A DNA stretch of 54,936 nucleotides, counting the filler, from Sphacelaria rigidula (lineage: Eukaryota): NCBI GenBank assembly GCA_964200075.2. It is 5 parts of 5 records of this genome, joined end to end, with 100 filler letters (N's around TTAATTAATTAA, not from the genome) between each part and the next. Parts side by side here need not be neighbours in the genome. Positions count along the whole stretch, not along the records: positions 44,030 to 54,936 come from CAXNAA020005704.1; 4 more parts are not named here. The stretch is one strand, 5' to 3'. The notes under the pieces were generated by a model. It was given only the letters and a program-made list of their open reading frames with translations, was not told where the DNA came from and ran no database searches. Positions 47,201 through 54,936 of this stretch are shown in pieces (within the stretch, counting starts at the first letter, position 1; every line of letters starts with the position of its first letter). A program made the position numbers and the translations under genes.

Positions 47201-48615
47201 GGACCTCAGAAGGCCTTGCTCGAATGATGGCCGTAACAGTCGTGACCTGCCAGAAATTCGGTCTGATGGTCTCCGAGAGCAACACAAGGCCCATGCGCCT
47301 TGCGGTCAGCCCCCAGTCCCACAGAGGCCGCCCTGGAAATCTAAGCTGCCGGTCAACGGTTTAAGCAGACGGGGACGTTCGTCTACCATGGTGGCGCTAT
47401 AAGCGCGGCGGGGGCGCGTGTTCGAAAATATAGCTTTCCTCGAAAATCCGGCCGCCTAAAGCGGAGGTGGTGGAATCTCTGTAGTATGGATGTGCCACAT
47501 GATTGTTTCGTTCTGAGGACTTCGACAGTCTGCGGACTGCCCATCACGAGCTTTTGCTGCGGTTGTTGGATTCCGCAGGAAAAATCGGAATGGCTTTAAG
47601 ACTCTTCCGTACAAGGTTGTGCTCGAGATGACCAAGTGCGAACGTATCGAGATGACTATCGGCAAACGTCAACTCTGGTTCGCAGGAGCCCTTGTACGGC
47701 AGAAGGTAACACGCCTTCCTAAACGGACGGTCAATTGCACGAGGACCCGAGGAGGCCGGCCGCCTCACCAAGCTATGGGTGGGAAACCTCCAGGAGAACC
47801 TACGTGCACTAGGGGCTGTTCCGCACAAACGAGCACGACGGAAATTGTTCGTCTACGGTGCAGAGGTTAACGATGCATACGATTGGGTCACTGCGGCGAA
47901 GAACATGCGCAAATGACATGGCACGTCGAAGCGAAAAAGGGACGGAAGAGTTTAAGAATGCGTGGCGACGCGCGGATAAGCGAGAATCAGACCGCCATCA
48001 CAAACGAGAGGCTGCTGCGTCGAGGACCACCAATCAAAAGAATCCCGTCTGCTCATATCAGTTGTCGATTGTCTTCCTAGTCGGTGGCTTCGCGGTGCTC
48101 CCTGGTGTGTGTCTGTATTTACTCTGCTGCCCTGACGTTTTTTCTTCTTCACTTCTGTAGTCTCCTCCCCGTTCTCCCTCATCCCCATATTTCTCTTCGT
48201 GTATGTTTTCTTTCCTGCTGGTGTATACCAGGGCAATGTGGCACCTCGCTTCATTGTCTTTCTTCGTGGATGAGAAGGCCCATTCCCAAAATAGAGCGCT
48301 TGTAGTAGACGAGCTGCGATATTTTCCTTTCCACGGTAAATCTGTCTCCCACGACTGGGTATGAGAGTGGCTCTGCACAAGACCTTGTACGCTGAGGCCG
48401 TGTGGCAGAGACCTGCCATTTATTTCTGTGCTTTCTTCTCCTTCTATTTATTTTCTTCCGTTTGTTTTGTGCGTCTTACTCTGCCATGTCGTTCAGTTTT
48501 ACTCTAATTTTTGTTTCTTTCAGCAAGTGTTTCAGTTTTGTTGTGTCTTGTGTACGTCTAACATGCGACCACGGCTGGATCCCTGGGGGGTCACAAAGTG
48601 CGACAATCAATCAAT
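44290..48615 (+). mobile_element. Decayed RTE-clade LINE (reverse transcriptase pseudogene, 3' UTR, (CAAT)n tail), interrupted at 44853-46377
   Basis: YIRDEDGNILRDKGLISERWGRYFSTLLN; PEEQGGFR; FIDLQKAYDSV; QGLRQGC..SPLLFNI; VWAMLHADDAG; RQLWFAGALVR. Contains in-frame stops (e.g. 46760-62) and frameshifts. Confidence 0.92.
44853..46377. mobile_element. 1525-bp non-autonomous TIR transposon (TA TSD, Tc1/mariner-type) nested in the LINE
   Basis: CAGGCTGGTTCA...TGAACCAGCCTG with TA at 44851-52 and 46378-79. Excision restores the LINE frame EEALRAMSNSKATCPD. Confidence 0.92.
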
Positions 48616-49997
48616 TCAGGTTAAATCCATTTTTCTCCGCCTAATCGGATACTGTATATGTATATAGTGAGCCTAACCTGTTATTATCATGTGCTTTTTG
48701 ATACTATGGTTGTGATATCCTGTATATGCCGCACCATACGTTACATCGAAGACCTTGGTAAGAGGCCTCAATCTGGAATCTTGACAATCACAATCGTCCA
48801 TGATGTTTACAAATGGCCGAAATAACGACATTCGGAAGTTCATCTGCCATACTGCACAATCCAGGTGCTAACCTTCTGCGGAACATTTTCGTGCGGATTT
48901 AATGTATACAGAGTACCGGGGAGAGATGGGTTGATCCGTTGAGACCACGGACTCGTCTCGAGGAGGGGGGGGGGGGGGGTCCCATTTGTTTCCTGCCCTA
49001 AGCCTTTTGCCCTTTGCCCCCCCTTCCCTTCCGGGCGGGGCCCCCTTTCCTCTCCNNNNNNNNNNGTTTGCGGGACGCTGGGGTTGCGGTGGGGTGGATT
49101 CGCTTCTTAGGAGGGGAGGGGGGGGGGGGGGGGGGTTAAAGTGCGACAAGAAAAAGAAAAAAGTGCGAATATTTGAACGACAGTATTCACGCAAAGCAGC
49201 AGCGTCCTCCTCTCTGATTTCGGTCGTTTTGGGACCCTCTCACATGGGATATCTCAAATCGGTCCGCAGTCAAGCCTTTGTTCTGTTTCAGACGGCACAG
49301 AATCACAGCCACTTAGATTCGAAATCGTTTCCTTCTCTTGTCTGTTTCGCCTTCCCCATGTTCAGCAATAGTCAGGACTCTCACCTGCATGGTAACTACT
49401 GCTGCAACCGACCACGGTCTACTAACAACCAAAAGGCCTGCACGGGCGAGTGGTTGCTAGCTGCAATATAGTCACGTCATGGCAAATCACCAGTGAGCAC
49501 TACCGTCGACTTGAAGCTCGATTTATAGTTTGTATGCGCGACCAAATAAAATAGCTCTGAAGTTGAACACATCAACAGTGCCACCACTTCTCGGCTGGAC
49601 ATTTGGCGAACAACATGGTATTCGCAGACTACCTCATGACCACGTCTCGCTCCCGGTATCATGTCTGTACAGCAGCGACGGCGTATGTTGAGATTATGTG
49701 GTCCACGTCAAGCATCGTGTCTACGGCCACAGTGCGTGTCGCTGCTGTCATGTTTTGGCCACAGAGGGCGGGATGGCCGGGTAGGCAGCCAAAGCACGCT
49801 TCTCATCGATGGGCACGTATGCTCACAAGGCATCCGTCGCTTGTTTGGCTTCTCTGCATATACGAGATGCGGTCGGAGGGTGGCACAAAGGAATTCTTGC
49901 GTGCGCCAATGAAGGCTACTGGCAACCGCTAAGACTGGAGCTAACCGTGACGCTGCCTACTACTGCGTACGCTTTTAACATTGGCTGCTCGGAGTAC

Positions 49998-50066
49998 GGG
50001 CATACTCATTTGTTGCTTGCCTTAAATCATGGGGCCAAGATCACGCATCCCTTTCAAGACGGGCGG
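49998..50066. repeat. G-tract-associated structured short repeat, degenerate short variant
   Basis: tactcatttgttgcttgccttaaatc...cacgcatccctttcaagacggg. Confidence 0.65.
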
Positions 50067-50707
50067 ACAGACGGGCGGACGGGCGGATGGGGTATACTTC
50101 GTTATTGCCGTGTCAGTCGGTATTTGCGTGTTTGCCCAGCTCTGGTGTGCCCTTTCCCCTCGTTGTGACATGCACTGTACCCACACTTTTGCGATCTCAG
50201 TACTTTCGGGGCAGTGCTGACAGATCTCGTGCATGCTTTGATGGTGTACTGAATGTCACCTCGTATCAACTATGCTGTACCGTACGGACTTCCTTCACGA
50301 GCGGCCGAAAACACGATACAGAACAAGGAGTGTATCAGTAACTGCCGCACGCAGTTCACGCTGCAGCTCCAATCTCTGCATCGTGTTCTATACCAGCGTG
50401 AATCCATTTCGACAATAAAACAGCGGGGATGAAGGTAGAAAAGACGGCGCAAAAAGCAAAGAACACCCACGTTTTCTTGTGCTTGAATCGCGTAGCAATA
50501 CTCGTACGTCGCTACAGAAACAGTTCAAACACACAGCTTAACCTCCGAGAGAGGCGAAGATGGTCGATCTGCACGAGAACATTGTGTACCATTTGGCCAG
50601 GAAAAACGTCGCAACGGCCACTGACCTGCCTGAGGTTTCCGTTCGGACCAGATTTTTACTGAAAGCACGTATGGTTGACCTGCGGAGCTTTTCGGTTGAT
50701 CTGGTAA

Positions 50708-51391
50708 GGGTCCTTCTTAACGAAGGAGGTTATCCCCTTTTTCACAATCCCCTTTTGACAGGGGGCTGACCCCGGAAGGACCAGTCCCGAGTCCTTTCGA
50801 CAAGCAGTTTTGTACAAATTGGAACCGCGATCTGCACGCAGATTGAGGAATGCGGCGGGTCTGGAAGTGGTCGTTAGTCCAAGCAGGCCCAAGGTCTGTA
50901 TAATGCTGCAGACAAAACACAAGACAACACAACACCTACACACCCAGCCCCGAAAAAAGACGCACAGACACTCACCACTCACGCGCATTAGTTTCACTGC
51001 TAGGCCTTGCTAATCTACACACGGCAGTCTTTGTTTGACAGGAATCCGTTCTGTATTGGATGAATGGCGGCCGCATGCGTGTCAAAAACAACCGAAAACG
51101 TGTCACTGTTGAACGTTTTGTAAGCGTGTGCTGCATGCGCGTCTCACAGAAGTCATCATTTCTCAAAGAATTCTGAACAGATTCGAGCAAGGTCACGCAC
51201 AACGTGCACAGCTGATGAGCAGCTAGGGCTTGAGCTATGTGTTTTTGGTTTGCGGGGCCACCAGGTTCCTCAGACTCAGCTCTGATCGTGTTAGGCTGTG
51301 TGGTAAGCCTTTGCATGTGCCCCCGTCAACCGGACACGCATGTTCCCCTTCGAGGTGTCCGGAAAGGGGATTTCTGTGCACGTTGAAGGGA

Positions 51392-51422
<31 letters not shown>

Positions 51423-51501
51423 TGGTTGGGGTTAATTACCTGTTGTTTTTTAAAAGGGGTGTTGTATAAAAGGGAATGTCTCCCTTCGTTAAAAAGGCCT
51501 C
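50708..51501. mobile_element. Non-autonomous PIF/Harbinger (Tourist-like) element, TAA TSD
   Basis: Imperfect TIR of about 50 bp (GGGTCCTTCTTAACGAAGG... vs GAGGCCTTTTTAACGAAGG...); TAA at 50705-07 and 51502-04. Confidence 0.75.
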
Positions 51502-51539
51502 TAACTCGCACTATCCATTCCTTTCATCAGTAGACCTCA

Positions 51540-51842
51540 CGAAATGGAAGTAGACAATGGTTGGTACTAGATTTTACTTGATTTTAGACTGAAGAATGTT
51601 ACGAAAAAAATTATGGTCTGGGTCAGGCGAGCAGTAGACCCAGCTTGTCCAGAACGTGTTTTGGTCCAAAATCAGCTGAAAGGCGTCGATTTGAGCTCTG
51701 GCAACGCACACTTTGCCTAAGGTATACTTTGCACCTCTTTTGCCTGAGGGTTCTCGGTATGCCTTAGTCGGGGCTAGGGTTAGGGTTAGCGTCGGGGTTG
51801 GCGGCATCTCCATAGTACTGACCATTGCTTACGTACATTTCC
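51540..51842. mobile_element. MITE of the shared-core family, TCA TSD, telomere-like tract
   Basis: TIR CGAAATGGAAGTAGACAATGGTTGGTACT vs GGAAATGTACGTAAGCAATGGTCAGTACT; TCA on both sides; GGGCTAGGGTTAGGGTTAG at about 51771-51789. Confidence 0.8.
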
Positions 51843-54391
51843 TCAGCTCCCCTCCTTTTCATGGCCGAAACTATGAGCCCAAGATTATGTTCCGAGACGA
51901 AGCTCAAAGTCAAAGAGTGAAGGCCAGTCCCCCCCCCCCCTCTTCATCAACTGAACGCTCAATTTCCTATTTACGAGTACCGAAATAGTGAGTTGTATCT
52001 TCACCCTTCATCCCATAAAGCGGTGTGTATCGTCAGGATCGTACTTCTCGTATAAAATTGCGGCTTATAGCGGTTTCCCCGTCATCCTGCAGTGACACCA
52101 TCCTGTCTTGTGAGGACGACGCTGAAACTACGTACCATTATAGTGCTATGGAAAGGTGAAAATCATGTGTCAAAACATGTGTCAGAAACATGTGCACTCA
52201 GTCTGGGCACCCACTACAACTCAGCAAGGCCGAAGCAAAGAGGACCAAACCCACCTGGTACACCGTCTATCATTGAAACGGAACAGGACATGCTCCTCCT
52301 ACCATCCGCGGCTGCCACCGGCGTCGCCACTCCGGCCCCGCAGCTCCTCCGCGTAACCCACCCAGTAGTTGTAGGCCTGGCAGCTCCTACAGCCTCTGAT
52401 ACTGATGTACCGGTTCCAGTCGGAAATACACCACCCCAAGCAGCAACGGTAGTGAACATCGAAGCCCTCGCTAACAGCACGCAACATATCGGCAGTATTA
52501 CCCTCGACGATGATGCCCGCACCTGTTTCCGTGGCCGTTGCTGTCGTGGTGGTGCTGGTTGATGTCTCGTTCTGCCGATGCCCGGCGCATCGAGGCCGCC
52601 CATTCTATTGAAGTTTGAGGGGTGATATAATAGGAACGTATACAGCACCCCAGTTGAGCGTCACAGGCGAAAAACGCAAGTTATATGAACAGAGAGGCAA
52701 TTGAGGTTCACGGGCGAGCCAGTTCCCACTTGGTGGTGTAGATGTAGCCCCGCAATCGAACAGCAGACGGTGGCAGACAAATCCGACCCGCAATGTTGGA
52801 GTACGACAATCTCACAGTATTTGGATAAGGACACAACTTGTTGCGACATAAAAGTGGGGACGACGCGTTTGATGTTTGTTTGTAGTGTTGTGGTGAACAG
52901 TCAAGAACATCTACAGTAAGTAGATTTAATGTACAAACTCGATGATATTGATTCTTCATAACTTATGGTAGTGTTGTTTTTGACAATGATTTTTCAATTA
53001 TTGCCGAGAAAGGTGGTGGAAATGAGGAAGGAGGAGGGGCGACGTTCTACAGGTCTACACGATGACCGACGGGATTTACCTACGATAAGTTGTAGGTGGC
53101 AAAAACAATGTCAAAATATTGATATTGGTGAAGAGGGTGGAATTCACCATATGCCGAACCAGATAGCTGGCCCCGTGCCCACCAGCTGTGAGACGCCTGT
53201 TCTACCGACCCGCATTGATTGACGAAGTTGAAGGAGGATCCGCTTCATTTTCGATTCAGTCATCAGCATCTCACTGTTGATGTTGAGATTTTGTGCGGTA
53301 CGCAGGAAGGATCAGTGACGACGTTCCTTTCGCAGAAAACTTGGTGTATCATCATGAAGAAGAAATAAAGAAATAGAGTAATGAATCATTATATGTGAAT
53401 AAAATATTTAAGAAATAGTAAATGAAATATAAAAAAGCAATGGATAATTAATTTATAATTGGTTGGTTGTTTTGTATCTATTTTTTGGACAAGGGAAAGA
53501 CACAAACAAATTAAAATTTTCGAATGCCCAACTTGTCATCGTGTCTTCATGCTAGAAGCGCGCCTCGTGAGGGAATACTGCCAGAACGCCACAAGGACGC
53601 GAACAAGACGCATAAAGCACGCATATATTGCGCTACAAAAATATTCAGAACGAGGGGAGAAAAAACGCGCATACGGAGCTGAAGTCCATCTTTGTGTCAA
53701 AAGTTAACCTTTGTGTGACCAACAGGAAGCAATGGAGATCCGGTCCAATGTGAATGCGAAAAACACATGATCACTAATGATCTCAGCATTACCCAATCCG
53801 GCGGCGGGCCCATGGGTACGGGCCAAATTATATAACCCGTACACTAATTTCAAGTAATTTAATTCAAGTTATTACCAGTCCCTCTACATTATATAACGCA
53901 TTATATAACGCAAACTTTATTTTAGTATTGACTCCGTCACACTCGTGATCACGGGCCTTCTGGTCCCCGCAGCCACTGCAGCCACAGCAGCCACAGTACA
54001 GGACTGTACTGTGCTGCGGAAAGATGGTATCCAGGACACCAACGGCCCCACAAGGAGTGCTTTGTCTTTCTGTATACGGGTTGGTGTCCCCAACGTTTAC
54101 TATGAGCCTTGTCGTGCCTGCGGTATCGTTGCGGTGGCGGGGGTCGGCGTTGCAGTCTCCATTTTTGCGCTGAGCTAGCTTTCGCCTCCTGTACCCTGCA
54201 CGGCTTTGGATACGGGGCAGGCGGTGCTATTGTTGTCGTTGTGCGTTGTTTCATGCTCTCTGATGGCATAACCCCAGAAAAGGACTGTATCGGCATTAAG
54301 GCTGCTACTGCAGCTCTCTACTGTACTGTTGGCCGTCGTGCTTTTGTTCGGGATGGCTCGTGTTGAGCTGTGCCGTACAGACAGCACTCAC

Positions 54392-54520
54392 GCGATGCCG
54401 ACCGCCTGGCCAGGGTTGACGCATCTTGCGGTAAAGATACGGTTGGTACCGCGACAGAAATTGTTTGGAGATGCAGTGGTGAAGACGACCGAATACTCTT
54501 ACACACGGGACATCAGACAG
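54392..54520 (-). CDS. Isolated candidate exon of another minus-strand gene
   Basis: acgttag|...|gtgagt, 129 nt, phase 0-0, only one frame open: LSDVPCVRVFGRLHHCISKQFLSRYQPYLYRKMRQPWPGGRHR. Confidence 0.3.
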
Positions 54521-54936
54521 CTAACGTAAACATGCATTCCTCTTGCATGTGTGATCCCGTGTGCCAGAGCACCGCCCTCTTTCCAAGGTATACCGTATGA
54601 GCTCGTTTCATGATGACATGGTGCCTGCGAAGATATCATCGATGTACTGAACTGTTCTGGGCTGTAGCCAGCTAGCGGAGGGAAATGAAGCCCAGACCGG
54701 GCCTGGACAGAAAAAAACCCAAACAATTCAATCTTATTGCCCTCTCTGCGGCACGTGGAGCTTGAGTAGCGCACGTGTGTCCATCAACATAGACATCCAG
54801 GGTTAAATCCGTTCGAGAATCATGGGAAACAACGAAAAGATCGATGATTTTAGTTTAATTATTATATAACGACCCGTACCCATGAACTCGGTGCCCCCTC
54901 AAGCGAAAACTTTCTTCGAGGCGTATAGACTACACC

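Noticed and set aside
52092-52562. 156-aa Pro/Ala/Thr-rich ORF
   Set aside because: No recognisable motif, no partner exons found, and an equally long antisense ORF exists.

Overview
Eukaryotic nuclear DNA of about 50% GC, most likely from a brown alga (Phaeophyceae). That assignment is inference from the 10-Cys extracellular repeat, the RTE LINE style, GT-AG exons in long TE-filled introns and TTAGGG tracts. Four 100-nt scaffold gaps carry a TTAATTAATTAA linker. There are no bacterial-style operons, CRISPR arrays or rRNA, and most ORFs in the six-frame track are noise. Supported content: (1) a + strand modular gene built from symmetric phase 1-1 exons encoding 10-Cys repeats and Pro/Thr linkers (1347-7395); (2) a probable multi-exon - strand gene of unknown, low-complexity product (about 12.5-24.9 kb) whose exon phases chain correctly, with one exon overlapping a MITE relic; (3) a decayed RTE-clade LINE (44.3-48.6 kb) split by a TA-flanked TIR element; (4) a tRNA-derived SINE family; (5) many MITEs with TA, 3-bp or TTAA target duplications, several of them nested; (6) a 420-bp foldback. 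The two most unusual signals are a 9-copy family of 60-115 nt G-tract-associated repeats with strand-specific RNA-like structure (candidate structured RNA or ribozyme-like element), and a MITE family whose copies share a core with a telomere-like tract but carry different TIR pairs. All alignments were made by eye and no database searches were run.
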